From positions 128,001 to 192,000 of the forward strand of contig JAVJSW010000060.1 in the NCBI GenBank assembly GCA_040219255.1: DNA of 64,000 bases, in the 5' to 3' direction. The notes below the pieces were generated by a model, which saw only the letters and a program-made list of their open reading frames with translations, was not told where the DNA came from and made no database searches. Positions 17,968 through 27,922 of this stretch are shown here, piece after piece (the first letter of the stretch is position 1; each line of letters begins with the position of its first letter). The position numbers and the translations under genes are program-made. This stretch comes from Sumerlaeia bacterium. GTDB taxonomy: Bacteria; Sumerlaeota; Sumerlaeia; SLMS01; JAHLLQ01.

Positions 17968-18341
17968 AGCTTCGAATCCGGGGCAACAGCCTGCGCATGC
18001 GGCTGAGCCAGAGCGAGACGCAAGACTTGCTGACCCATGGGATGGTCGAGGAAAGCGTGCGATTCCCCGGCGGCATGGCCCTCGCCTACGCCATCGTGCT
18101 CGTCCGCCAGGGATCGCACGTCACGGCCGCCATGTCCGGCAGCCGCATCGAGGTTCGCCTGCCGGAATTCCTGGCCCGCGAATGGATCGAATCGGATCAG
18201 ACCGGCATCGAACGCGAGCTGGCGCTGGCCGATGGCGAATCCCTCAAACTGCTGATGGAAAAGGACTTCCGCTGCCTCCACCGCCGCAACGGCGAGGACG
18301 AGTCGAACAGCTTCCCGAACCCCGCCGACGAAAGCCAGTGA
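17964..18341 (+). CDS. Conserved hypothetical protein (MKLRIRGNS.R.RL family)
   Basis: Translationally coupled to fdhD (ATGA) and mobA (GTGA); ends EKDFRCL...FPNP. Confidence 0.8.
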   Translation: MKLRIRGNSLRMRLSQSETQDLLTHGMVEESVRFPGGMALAYAIVLVRQGSHVTAAMSGSRIEVRLPEFLAREWIESDQTGIERELALADGESLKLLMEKDFRCLHRRNGEDESNSFPNPADESQ

Positions 18342-18946
18342 GCTTGGTCTGTGGGATTCTGGCCGGGGGGCAGTCTTCCCGCATGGGCCAGCCGAAAGAG
18401 GGACTGATCCTCCCCGATGGGCGCCCCCTCATGGCGTTCCTCTTCGATTTGCTCAAGCCCATCGTTTCCGAAGTCTACGTCGTCGGGGCCAGCCGAGGCT
18501 TCGAACCCGCCCAAGTCCCCGGCCTGCGCCACCTGCCCGACCGCGAACCGGGGCTCGGACCCATGGGCGGATTGCGGACGCTGCTGGAAAGCGGCACCGC
18601 CACCCGCTATCTGCTCGTCACCTGCGATCAACCGCGCCTGACGCGGGGGCTTCTGGATGTCCTGATCCAGGAAAGCCCGCCGGATCGCCCGGCCTTCCTG
18701 CAAACCCAAAGCGGCCAAAGCCTCGCGCCCTTCCCCTCGCTGTGGCCCGAGGCAACCCTCGCCGCAGTGCGCGACGCCATGGAGCGGGGCGAGCGCTCGC
18801 CGCGGCGGCTGCTGCGGGAGCTCAACGCCGTGGCCTGCGTGGCGCCTGTTGGCGCGGAGTTGCTGGTGCAAAGCGTGAACACGCCGGGGGAATGGGAGGT
18901 GTATTTAACGCAAAGGGGCAAAGAGGCCAAGGCGCAAAGGGTGTGA
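18338..18946 (+). CDS. mobA: Molybdenum cofactor guanylyltransferase
   Basis: GILAGGQSSRMGQPK, GPMGG, CDQP, SVNTP; GTG start overlapping the upstream stop. Confidence 0.88.
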   Translation: MSLVCGILAGGQSSRMGQPKEGLILPDGRPLMAFLFDLLKPIVSEVYVVGASRGFEPAQVPGLRHLPDREPGLGPMGGLRTLLESGTATRYLLVTCDQPRLTRGLLDVLIQESPPDRPAFLQTQSGQSLAPFPSLWPEATLAAVRDAMERGERSPRRLLRELNAVACVAPVGAELLVQSVNTPGEWEVYLTQRGKEAKAQRV

Positions 18947-19085
18947 AATCAGGGATGCAGGTTGGGTTCTGGAGCGATGAGCAACCTGAGGATTTCCAGA
19001 AAAATAAATTACAAAAATCTCTACGAATCCACTCCAATTCCCCGCCAACCACCCCCTTTGCCCCTTATGCACCTTTGCGTTAAAT
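18903..19085. repeat. Inverted repeat pair (CGCAAAG type) overlapping the 3' ends of convergent mobA and mqnC
   Basis: ATTTAACGCAAAGG (18903-18916) perfectly inverted at 19072-19085, followed by degenerate GCAAAG iterations; AT-rich spacer. Confidence 0.75.
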
Positions 19086-20186
19086 TCTCTCGTAAAAGAA
19101 ATTCCGTCGTTGCGGGTCGAAGCCCGCTTCGCTGACCAGACCCCGAAGTTCCTCTTCGGTCATGGTGAACTCGGCGCCGGCGGCTTTGACTACGTTCTCC
19201 TCGATCATGATCGAGCCCATGTCGTCGCAGCCGTAGTGCAGGCTGATCTGGCCGATGCGGCCGCCCTGCGTGACCCAGGACGATTGCAGGTGCTGGATGT
19301 TGTCGAGGTAAAGCCGCGCGATGGCGGTGGTGCGCAGGTAGTCCCAGGAGCCGACCTCGCGCAGGTCGGGGCGCAGCTCCGCCAGCTTGGTGTTCGTCGG
19401 TTGGAAGGTCCAGTCGATGAATGCGGTAAAGCCCCCCGTTTCGTCCTGCAATTCGCGTAGGACGCGGAAGTGCTCGACGCGCTCGGCCAGCGTTTCCACG
19501 TGGCCGAACATCATCGTCGCCGTGGATCGCCCACCTAGGCCGTGCCAGGTGCGGTGGACATCGAGCCATTCCTGGGTCGAGCACTTGCCCCGGGTTAGAA
19601 CTTCACGCACCCGGTCTGTCAGAATTTCCGCCCCGCCGCCCGGGATCGAGTCCAGCCCGGCCTCTTTCAGCCGGCCCAGCACCTCTTCGTAACTCATGCG
19701 GTTGATGCGCGAGAAGGCGTGGATTTCCGGCGCGCTGAAGGCATGCAGGTGAATGCCGTACTCGCGCTTGAGGAACCGCAGCATGTCTTCGTACCACTCG
19801 AGCTTGAGCTTCGGGTGCATGCCGCCTTGCAGGAGGACCTGATTTCCGCCCAGGGCTTGGGTTTCCTCGACTTTTTGGCCCAGTTCCTCGTGCGACAGCA
19901 GGTAGCCATCCGGGCTTTTGATGTTGCGATAGAACGCGCAAAAATCGCACACCGCCAGGCAGATGTTCGTGTAGTTCACGTTGCGGTCGATGATGTAGGT
20001 CACCGCCGGATCGGGGTTCAGGCGCCAGCGCATGCGGCTCGCGGCGACGGACAGCTCGGGCAGTTGGGCGTGTTCGAAGAGGTGGAGGGCGTTGGACTCC
20101 GAAAGCCGCTCACCGTCCTCGCAAACGCGCTCCAGGATCTCGCGGACTCTGCTGGTTTCCGTGCTGACAGGCGCAATGGTGGTCAT
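19080..20186 (-). CDS. mqnC: Cyclic dehypoxanthinyl futalosine synthase (menaquinone futalosine pathway)
   Basis: TYIIDRNVNYTNICLAVCDFCAFY, LLQGG.HP, SIPGGGAEIL, TATMMFGH, FTAFI.W, QSSWVTQG, IEENVV. Confidence 0.93.
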   Translation of the reverse strand: MTTIAPVSTETSRVREILERVCEDGERLSESNALHLFEHAQLPELSVAASRMRWRLNPDPAVTYIIDRNVNYTNICLAVCDFCAFYRNIKSPDGYLLSHEELGQKVEETQALGGNQVLLQGGMHPKLKLEWYEDMLRFLKREYGIHLHAFSAPEIHAFSRINRMSYEEVLGRLKEAGLDSIPGGGAEILTDRVREVLTRGKCSTQEWLDVHRTWHGLGGRSTATMMFGHVETLAERVEHFRVLRELQDETGGFTAFIDWTFQPTNTKLAELRPDLREVGSWDYLRTTAIARLYLDNIQHLQSSWVTQGGRIGQISLHYGCDDMGSIMIEENVVKAAGAEFTMTEEELRGLVSEAGFDPQRRNFFYERI

Positions 20187-20305
20187 TCCCGAACGTCTTT
20201 CCCTGTGATCGATTGGTGCGCACCGGCCCATCCAGTCCGCTGGCCAGATACTAAGCACAGACAGGACCAAGGGGCCAAGGGGGAAGAGCGGGGCGTGGTG
20301 CGGAG

Positions 20306-21061
20306 TCAGTAGAACATCCAGGCGCTGCCGGAGCTTTCGACCTGGCGCAGGAACAGCGGCGATTCCTGATTCGCGACTCCCGATTCGTTGGTCACCGTCC
20401 CGGCCGGCAGACGCGCTTCGATGGATGCGCTGGGTGACGAAGGAACCAAGTGGAACGTCCACGTGGTGGGGGATTGCTGGCGGAAATCCACGATGGAGGC
20501 GTTCGCCGTTTCCACGTCCGAATCGACGAAGGAACCGGCCTCTGGCGTGGCACTGAAGCGCACGGTCACGGGGATGGAATCGCCGAAGTGGGGGCTCGGC
20601 GCATTGGAAGTCAACGCCGCGTAAAACCCAGCGTTGGTGGGCGTACCGTCCTCGATAAAGTGACTGGCGTACCCGATCCCCAGGGCGCCGAAGTCGAACG
20701 TGACAGACTCCAGATTACCCTGTGGATTGGCCAGCGGAGGCAGAATCTGATTCGAGAAGTAGTCGAGAACCTGATTTCCGAGCAGGGCAACGACTCGAAC
20801 TTCGTCGCCGGGCTTGTAATCTCCGAGGCGTTCGAGCGGGACGGCGAATTCGACGCCCGTCGCCACGAGTCCTGGGTCCGTGCCTCGGAACGGGAAGCCT
20901 TCCGAAAAACCATCGGTCACGCCCGCGCGATTGCCATTGTCGAAGCCAAAGGCAACCCCCCGGTCGGCGCTCGTCAGGGGAGCGAACTGCGCGTCGCCCG
21001 TGATGGTGTTGACGTAGAGTTCCTGCAGACGCCGGTAATTGGCCTCGTGATAGGTCCAATC
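20306..21061 (-). pseudogene. In-frame C-terminal continuation of the FG-GAP surface protein beyond a TAG (Ig-like domain plus SAWMFY tail)
   Basis: Same frame as 21062-23485; open from DWTYHEANYRRLQE... to ...VESSGSAWMFY*; no obvious RBS for the GTG at 20920. Confidence 0.65.
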
Positions 21062-23485
21062 CTAGGCCCCATCGCTGTTGGCGTCGAAGATCTTGAACCC
21101 CGCGAAATAATCGGGATCAAAGCCTTCCTGGAGCGCGTTGCCTTGAAAGCGGTCCGCCCGAAGCCAGGAATCGCGGGCCCACACGACTTCGGGCAGAACG
21201 GTGAATTCATTGTCGTTGGCAACCAGGTCGAACAAGGCGGCGGCAATGTTGCCGTTGTTCTCGAGATTGCCCGCCAGAAAGACATAGAGGAACTCCTCGT
21301 CGTTGGCCAGGTAGATGGCGTCCAACTCGCTGCCACTCGCTCTGAACGCGCCCGACGTATTGTTGCCAAAGGCGGTGTTGACCGTCTGGACGGCTCGCGG
21401 CGGGCCGTAGCCGCCGTCCAGCCGGCCATCGACGACGATGCTTCGGGCGGGGCCTCGCAGCGCGAAATAGGAAGGCAGCCGGGCGATCGTCCCGGTGATC
21501 TGGTTTCTGCCGGGATGGCGGGCGGTGATCGTCAAGTCCGTCCAGGGACCCTGTGGCGAAGGCGCGGCCGCGATAGACAGGGACTCTTCGTCGATGTTCA
21601 AGACTTCATCTTGCACGTAGCGAAGGGTGATCTCGGCTTGCGAGACATCGGTGCGGTCCGACTCCACGAACCAGAGCACGTCCCCCGCCATTCCCTCCAG
21701 GTTGGTGATTGTTTCGTTCGATCGAGTCAAAGTGGCGGTTGTGATTGAGGCCCCGCCATCGGCCCCCGTGGCCGTCACCGTTCCCGCAAAGGAAATCGCC
21801 GCGCGCAGAGTCGGCCCAAAGTCCGTCTGGAAGGAACGTGTCAATCCGTCGGTTATGCGGTTGAACCGGGAAGCCGATGCCGAATCGTAGGTTGGGTGTC
21901 CTGAAACGATGGTGAAACTGGCGTATGAGAAGGGCTGTCCAAAACCGGGGCTGGTGATGACAAGATCCGTCAACCCATCGCCGTTTACATCGCCCGATGC
22001 CATGCCGTTGTATCCTGGGGTTTGATTCGGAAAGTGGGCCTGATACCGTGTGACCGTTCCTTCGATGAATTGGCTGTCGGGAAGAGACAGATTCGCGGTC
22101 GCCATCGCTCCGGGGGCCGCTGTTCCATCCTGATAGAGCAGCATGTGGGTCATCGAGTCCGGCTTCGGGATGCTCAGTGCGAGGTTTTCCTGGCCGTTGT
22201 TGTCGAGGTCGGCTCCCGCGAGCGTGTGGGCGAATTCCGCTTCCGCGCCCGCGGAGAGGGCGCGGAACTCGCCAAAGGCCGTCGCCGGAGCGCCATCGGC
22301 GAGGTCGATGAGATCGCCGGGCCCAAAGCTTCCGCCAAAGACCACATAGGCTTTCCCTTCGCGGCCCGAGGCGGGTTCCGGCGCGGACGTCAGCAGCAGG
22401 TCCGCGTAGCCGTCTTCTCCCAGGTAGGCGGTGGAGATGCGCCTGCCCAAAGCGTCGCCGTTGTCTTCGCCAACAATCACAGCCGATTCGGCGGGCATCG
22501 CGGCCGTGTCGATGTCCGCCAGAGGCAGGGAGCGGTTTCCGAAGAAAACCAGCACCCGGCCGGGTGTCTGTGGGTAACCAGTCGTAAAGGAGCCGGGGAC
22601 GCCTACGATAAGGTCGTCGACGCCATCGCCGTCGAGGTCGGCGCAGTCAATGGCGGAGCCGAGCCGGTCGCCAGCCTGCGACCCGATGATAACGATGGAG
22701 GATGCGGGCATGGTCTCGACAGTTTGGTCGCCGGCCGCGGGTGGGAGCGGCCAATCGATGGAGCCGAAGAAAAGGGTGAGGCGGCCGGCGCGAAAGCGGC
22801 TGTCTGGAATGGCATCCGGCTCGCCGACCGCCACGTCGTAGAAACCATCGCCGTTGAAGTCGCCCGCTGCGACAGCCGCGCCAAACCAGGTGTCGGAGTC
22901 CGTTCCCTCCAACACGAGAGCCTGCGGATCGGTTGGCGGATTGGACAGGAATCGGCCTCGCAGAGCACGGGTGCCGAAGATGATGTAGGCCTTGCCAGGA
23001 ACCTGATCCACGATGTCGGTCCGGGGTTCGCCGACGATCAAATCGCCAAGACCATCGCCGTTGAGATCGGCTGTGGCGAGTGACGAACCGAAGCCCCGGC
23101 GCGAAGCGCCCCCGGAAATCCGTGTTTCTCCCTCCGTTCCATCGCTGGATACAAGGTCCAGGAAGCCGTATCCCCTCAGGAAATATGGCGTGCCGTAAGC
23201 GATCGCGACTGCCCCCGCATCGAAGGTGGAGGGCGTATCTCTCCGGGGCAGAGCGGTCACGACATCGCCAAAGCCGTCGCCATCGAAGTCGGTGATCACG
23301 ACTCCCCGATGGCCGAGACCATCCATATCGTGATTGGTGGCGAAGGACCCGACGAAGGTGGCAGGCATGTTTGTTTGGCTGAATTCCGTAAAGGACGGGG
23401 CGAACGGCTGGGCGTGGCCAAGTTGCGTCCCTGCCATCAGGATCAATGCGAGAAGAAGAACGACCGGAATAGAAGAGGGACGCAT
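21062..23485 (-). CDS. Secreted FG-GAP (integrin alpha beta-propeller) repeat protein, ending at an in-frame TAG
   Basis: Signal peptide; repeated FG.....D.(N/D)GDG..D...G.P motifs. Confidence 0.85.
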   Translation of the reverse strand: MRPSSIPVVLLLALILMAGTQLGHAQPFAPSFTEFSQTNMPATFVGSFATNHDMDGLGHRGVVITDFDGDGFGDVVTALPRRDTPSTFDAGAVAIAYGTPYFLRGYGFLDLVSSDGTEGETRISGGASRRGFGSSLATADLNGDGLGDLIVGEPRTDIVDQVPGKAYIIFGTRALRGRFLSNPPTDPQALVLEGTDSDTWFGAAVAAGDFNGDGFYDVAVGEPDAIPDSRFRAGRLTLFFGSIDWPLPPAAGDQTVETMPASSIVIIGSQAGDRLGSAIDCADLDGDGVDDLIVGVPGSFTTGYPQTPGRVLVFFGNRSLPLADIDTAAMPAESAVIVGEDNGDALGRRISTAYLGEDGYADLLLTSAPEPASGREGKAYVVFGGSFGPGDLIDLADGAPATAFGEFRALSAGAEAEFAHTLAGADLDNNGQENLALSIPKPDSMTHMLLYQDGTAAPGAMATANLSLPDSQFIEGTVTRYQAHFPNQTPGYNGMASGDVNGDGLTDLVITSPGFGQPFSYASFTIVSGHPTYDSASASRFNRITDGLTRSFQTDFGPTLRAAISFAGTVTATGADGGASITTATLTRSNETITNLEGMAGDVLWFVESDRTDVSQAEITLRYVQDEVLNIDEESLSIAAAPSPQGPWTDLTITARHPGRNQITGTIARLPSYFALRGPARSIVVDGRLDGGYGPPRAVQTVNTAFGNNTSGAFRASGSELDAIYLANDEEFLYVFLAGNLENNGNIAAALFDLVANDNEFTVLPEVVWARDSWLRADRFQGNALQEGFDPDYFAGFKIFDANSDGA

Positions 23486-23806
23486 GGTGGATGTTCCAGG
23501 ATGATTGCCAAATGAGGTGGCCTAAGGTCTCCGGAGCGGCGAGCCGTGCAAGCAATCAAAATCCCGGCGGTTTGGCTGATGTGCCGCTAAACTCTGGAGA
23601 GCGCACGAAATCGCGCGCGCATTTCCCCTTGGCGCGGAGCTTGACCTTCCTCCAGAGTGGAATGTCTGGTTGGCGTCACGCTCTGGACAGGGCCGTCCCG
23701 GGATGAGGAATCGTGCCTTGATCCGGGGCCCGTTCTCTGGCGCACTGACCGGGCGACTTTTCCAATCCGCGTTTTTCCCTCGGCGCGAAAGAGATCGTTC
23801 TCCCTT

Positions 23807-24763
23807 ATGGCCCATCGCAGTCTTTCCACATTGGTCTTTGCCGGAATGACACCGACCACGGCGGCGACGGTGATTTCGCTGCTGGGCGACGAAGGGTTGC
23901 CCAACGACATCCGCGTTCTCGAGCAACTGCACTACCACCCCTGGCAGGGCAACCGCTCCGGCCTGCTGGTCATCGGCATGGACCCGATGACCGACCTGGG
24001 CAAGGTCTCCAGCCTCATCCAGGAACGCACCACCTGGTGGGAAGTGGCCGTCTGCCTCGCCGAGAGTATCCGCGCCTACGAGCCGGCCCTCCTCGCCCAG
24101 GGCTGCGTCAAGGTCCTCAACCACCCGGAGGATGATCTGACCGGTTGCCGCGACGAAATCCGCGAGCTGCTGCGGACGCTGACGCGCAACGCGGCCGATA
24201 TCCTGGGGCTCGAACTTAGCGACCTTGTCCAGCTTTACGGCGAAAAGCGCGTCCCCAAGACCATTCGCGTCAGCGGCGGCGGCGTCATCGGATCGATCTA
24301 CATGCGCAACGGCAATGTCGTCCACGCCGAAACCATGGACGGCGACGAGGGCATGCCGGCCTTCCAGCATATGTTTGGCATCCGCTCGCCCGATATTCGA
24401 ATCCACAGCAGCTGCCTCACCTCGGCCAACTCGATGAACCTGCCGGCGATGTCGGCGCTCCTCGAAGGCGCCCGCGTCCACGACGAAGTGGGCCGCGACA
24501 CCGGCATGGTCAACACGAACGCGTTCTCGTCGGAAATGCCCTCCGGCGGTTTGCTCAGCGGGCTCTTCGACGAGGAATCGAGTGGCGGTGGCGGCCACGG
24601 TGGAGGTTTCGACGACGTGCTCGACGAAATCGATTTCTCGACGCCCCAGCCACAGTCGTCCCGCCCGAAGACGCACAGCGGCGACAGCCGCCGGCCGGCG
24701 GCCCCATCGCGCCACGAGGACGACCACGACAGTTTCGACTCCCTCGAACTCGACCTGGATTGA
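23807..24763 (+). CDS. DUF4388/PATAN-domain protein with degenerate receiver-like N-terminus and acidic tail
   Basis: LELSDLVQL....GSIYMRNGNVVHAE....G..AF...LLEGARVHDE. Confidence 0.7.
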   Translation: MAHRSLSTLVFAGMTPTTAATVISLLGDEGLPNDIRVLEQLHYHPWQGNRSGLLVIGMDPMTDLGKVSSLIQERTTWWEVAVCLAESIRAYEPALLAQGCVKVLNHPEDDLTGCRDEIRELLRTLTRNAADILGLELSDLVQLYGEKRVPKTIRVSGGGVIGSIYMRNGNVVHAETMDGDEGMPAFQHMFGIRSPDIRIHSSCLTSANSMNLPAMSALLEGARVHDEVGRDTGMVNTNAFSSEMPSGGLLSGLFDEESSGGGGHGGGFDDVLDEIDFSTPQPQSSRPKTHSGDSRRPAAPSRHEDDHDSFDSLELDLD

Positions 24764-24798
24764 TTCCCGCTTCCCTCCCGACCCCAACTGCCACCCGT

Positions 24799-25299
24799 AT
24801 GCCCAGGAGACGATCGATTGTGACTTGGAAGACCTGTTTGCCCCGTTTGGCCCTTGTGCTCTGCATCGCCTCTTTGCTCAGCGGATGCGCGGCGATGAAG
24901 ACCACAGGCCGCGTTGTCGCCACACCCGTCACCGGCGTTCGCGACGTCGTCGACGCGCCCCTTGTGTCCGTGACCAACGTCTTCGCCTTCTGGGCCGAGC
25001 GGGCCAACCCCACGCCCCAGCCCGGCGCCGGCGCCGGCTGGTCCTGGAAGGGCGGCTTCAACTTCGGTGTCGGCGTCGATTTCAGCTACTATGTCTTCTG
25101 GGCCGCTTCCGGCCTCTTCGGCGGCGTGGATTATCTCGTCTGCCGCAGCATCTGGCCCAACTTCCCCGCCGGCATCAGTCCCTGGAAGGAACGGGCGGAA
25201 CCCTGGGGCAACCTCTACTTTCCAAACACCCGGGCGCTCTGGGGCAAGGACCTCGACGCCTGGAAGACCGAGGACGAAACGCCGCCCGCCGGCGCCTGA
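24799..25299 (+). CDS. Hypothetical lipoprotein
   Basis: Basic N-terminus, hydrophobic stretch, lipobox LSG|C. Confidence 0.7.
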   Translation: MPRRRSIVTWKTCLPRLALVLCIASLLSGCAAMKTTGRVVATPVTGVRDVVDAPLVSVTNVFAFWAERANPTPQPGAGAGWSWKGGFNFGVGVDFSYYVFWAASGLFGGVDYLVCRSIWPNFPAGISPWKERAEPWGNLYFPNTRALWGKDLDAWKTEDETPPAGA

Positions 25300-25413
25300 G
25301 GCTCCTTACGGCACCGCCAGCGCGAATTCCCCACTTTCGAAAAAGACAGCCCTTGAGACATTGCCGCCTGCACGGCTAGAGAAAGCTCCCATTTCTCAGG
25401 AGCTTGCCTTGCC

Positions 25414-26541
25414 ATGCAGTTTGCCCAGCGCCGCCACCAGATCGACTCCAGCGGTATCCGGCGCATCTTCGATCTCGCCGCCAATCTCAAGGACCCCTGC
25501 AATCTGTCCATCGGCTTGCCCGATTACGACGTCCCCGACGTCGTCAAGGAAGCCGCCATCGATGCCATCCTCCATGGCAAGAACCGCTACACCTTGACCG
25601 CCGGCATCCCTGCCCTGCGCCAGAAAATCAAGGCCATGTACGACGCCCGCGGCCAGGCCGCCGTGGCCCAGGACGTCATCGTCACCTCCGGCACCAGCGG
25701 CGCCCTCTTTCTCGTTCTCCTCGCCCTTCTCGATCCCGGCGACGAAGTCATGATGGCCGATCCTTTCTTCGTCATGTACAAACACCTCAGCAACTTCATC
25801 GGCGCCGTCCCCCGGATGGTGGACACCTATCCGGACTTCCGCCTCACGCGCGAGCGCCTCGAAGCCGCCTGGACCCCCCGCTGCAAAATGCTCATCCTCA
25901 ACTCGCCGAACAATCCGACGGGACGCCTCTACACGCGCGAGGAACTCGAGGAAGCGGGCCGCTTCGCGGACGAAAAGGGCCTTGTCGTCCTCAGCGACGA
26001 AATCTACGAGCACCTCGTTTACGAGGACGGCGGCTGCGTTTCCGGCGCCGCCTTCAGCGACCCCGCCCGCACAGTCATCGTCTCCGGCCTCTCCAAGAGC
26101 GTCGCCATGACCGGTTGGCGCCTGGGCTGGTGCGCCGGGCCCAAAGACCTCATCAAAGCGATGTCGGAAATCCAGCAGTACAGCTTCGTCTGCGCCCCCG
26201 CCCCGGCCCAGGAAGCGGCCCTGGCGGCCGGCATGGACTTCGACATGGCCGAAATCCGCCAGTTATACGCCCGCCGGCGCGACCTGATCTATCGCGGATT
26301 GACGGAGCTTGGTTACGACGTGGAGCGCCCCGGCGGCGCCTTCTACATCTTCCCGAAAGCCCCCGGAGGGGACGGCGACGCCTTTGTCGAGCGGGCCATC
26401 GAGAACAACCTGCTGATCGTTCCCGGCAGTGTGTTTAGCGAACGGCGCAGTCACTTCCGCATCTCCTTTGCGGCGAGCGAACGGCAACTGGAACGCGGGT
26501 TGGAAATTCTCTCTGGACTTCTAGCAAAGACCCCCGCTTGA
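25414..26541 (+). CDS. PLP-dependent aminotransferase class I/II
   Basis: NSPNNPTG, SDEIYE, SKSVAMTGWRLG, GAFYIF, RISFA. Confidence 0.93.
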   Translation: MQFAQRRHQIDSSGIRRIFDLAANLKDPCNLSIGLPDYDVPDVVKEAAIDAILHGKNRYTLTAGIPALRQKIKAMYDARGQAAVAQDVIVTSGTSGALFLVLLALLDPGDEVMMADPFFVMYKHLSNFIGAVPRMVDTYPDFRLTRERLEAAWTPRCKMLILNSPNNPTGRLYTREELEEAGRFADEKGLVVLSDEIYEHLVYEDGGCVSGAAFSDPARTVIVSGLSKSVAMTGWRLGWCAGPKDLIKAMSEIQQYSFVCAPAPAQEAALAAGMDFDMAEIRQLYARRRDLIYRGLTELGYDVERPGGAFYIFPKAPGGDGDAFVERAIENNLLIVPGSVFSERRSHFRISFAASERQLERGLEILSGLLAKTPA

Positions 26542-27113
26542 CCATCGAATCGCGGAAGGTTTTGTTGTGTTTCGGCAAAACGAACGAAAAAATTCGGCCT
26601 TCGCCCTCGACTTTCATCGTCCGCGTCTCCGTCCCTTCTCCCGCCCCAGTCCTAAAATCTCTCTCAGAACAATGCGATGACCTGGAATCATTGAGGTTGA
26701 AGGCGGGAGGAGGCGCCCGCCGGGGGAGATGTGAAAGCCGATTTCGGAGCGTCCCGGTCGGGGATCCCGGAAGAGGGGGGCGGAGACAAAAGTTTGATTA
26801 AGCGCTTGATCCGATGCCCTGGGGAGAGCAACTATTTGCAAGGGGTGATGAGAAGGCGCTTTGTAAGGCTGCAAGTGCGGGTTGTTATCAGATTTTTGCT
26901 TGTGGGACAGAACAATCTCTTGACGAAATCCGCACCGTTCCAACTAATAACCCCGATCACCTGGAGGGTCAGTCCGCCGCACTCACGCTTACGCCCAAAC
27001 CGCAGCTTCACCGAGCGCCAACAGGGCCTGAGCGAGACGAGTCACGGCAGACGCCACCCTCTCCCAAGGGAAAGCAGGCGATCAACATCAAGAGCGACGA
27101 GGTGTCACCATCC

Positions 27114-27818
27114 ATGAAGAACCTTTTATCGAAACCGGGCGCTGAGGCTAAGAAAGCCTTCACGCTGATTGAACTCCTGATCGTGGTCGCCATTATTGCG
27201 ATCCTGGCCGCGATCGCCGTGCCCAACTTCCTTGAGGCGCAGGTGCGCGCCAAGGTCAGCCGCATCCTCTCCGATATGCGCACCATCCGTACAGGCCTTG
27301 AGTCCTACGCGGTGGACACGAACAAGTATCCGGAAACCGATCCGACGATCGCGGAAGTCGAACCCGTTGGAGACCTTCGCGGTCTCTACTGGCTGACCAC
27401 ACCGATTTCCTATCTGACCAGCATCCCCCGGTCTCCCTTCACCGAGGATTTCGCGACCCCCGGTCTCGAACCGAATGCTAAAGAGGCGGAAGCCCAGAAC
27501 TTCCCGCTCTACGTCCGCGCCCGTCCCGGCGGCACCGCCTTCGACTCGACGGTGGCTCCGTTGAGCAGCGATTTCGCCCTGAGCTACGTTCAGGACCGTC
27601 AGCGCTATCTCGGCATGGGCGGCGGTCTCGTCGACCCGCTGAGCTTCTACAAGGGTGCTTGGCTGATGAAGAGCGTCGGACCTGACAACACGGACAACCG
27701 TAACTTCACCACGGCTCCCGAAGGCCCCGCCCAGCTCTACGATGCCACCAACGGCACGGTTTCCTTTGGCGACATCGTGATCTTCAGCGACATCGCCGGC
27801 ACCGGCAAGAACCAGTAA
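27114..27818 (+). CDS. Prepilin-type N-terminal cleavage/methylation protein (pseudopilin-like)
   Basis: KKA|FTLIELLIVVAIIAILAAIAVPNFLEAQVRAK; LTTPISY; C-terminal SVGPD...YDATNGTVSFGDI. Confidence 0.9.
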   Translation: MKNLLSKPGAEAKKAFTLIELLIVVAIIAILAAIAVPNFLEAQVRAKVSRILSDMRTIRTGLESYAVDTNKYPETDPTIAEVEPVGDLRGLYWLTTPISYLTSIPRSPFTEDFATPGLEPNAKEAEAQNFPLYVRARPGGTAFDSTVAPLSSDFALSYVQDRQRYLGMGGGLVDPLSFYKGAWLMKSVGPDNTDNRNFTTAPEGPAQLYDATNGTVSFGDIVIFSDIAGTGKNQ

Positions 27819-27922
27819 TTGACGTTTTCTCCCCAAGGCCCCAATCTTCTCCGACCGGTCCCTCCCTCCCCCCGAGGGCCGGCGGTTTGACTCTCATCAC
27901 AGTAAGGAAAGAGATAGGACTT

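Noticed and set aside
21062-21064. Genome-wide TAG reassignment
   Set aside because: purB, MoxR and the sigma54 activator end at TAG at expected lengths
23629-23648. Sigma54-like site TGGCGC-N5-TTGAC
   Set aside because: The -12 element is GA instead of the conserved GC
26990-27113. c-di-GMP-I riboswitch before the pseudopilin
   Set aside because: Only partial resemblance (GGGCCTGA...CGGCAG); the P2 GAAA tetraloop and GCAAA elements are not convincingly present
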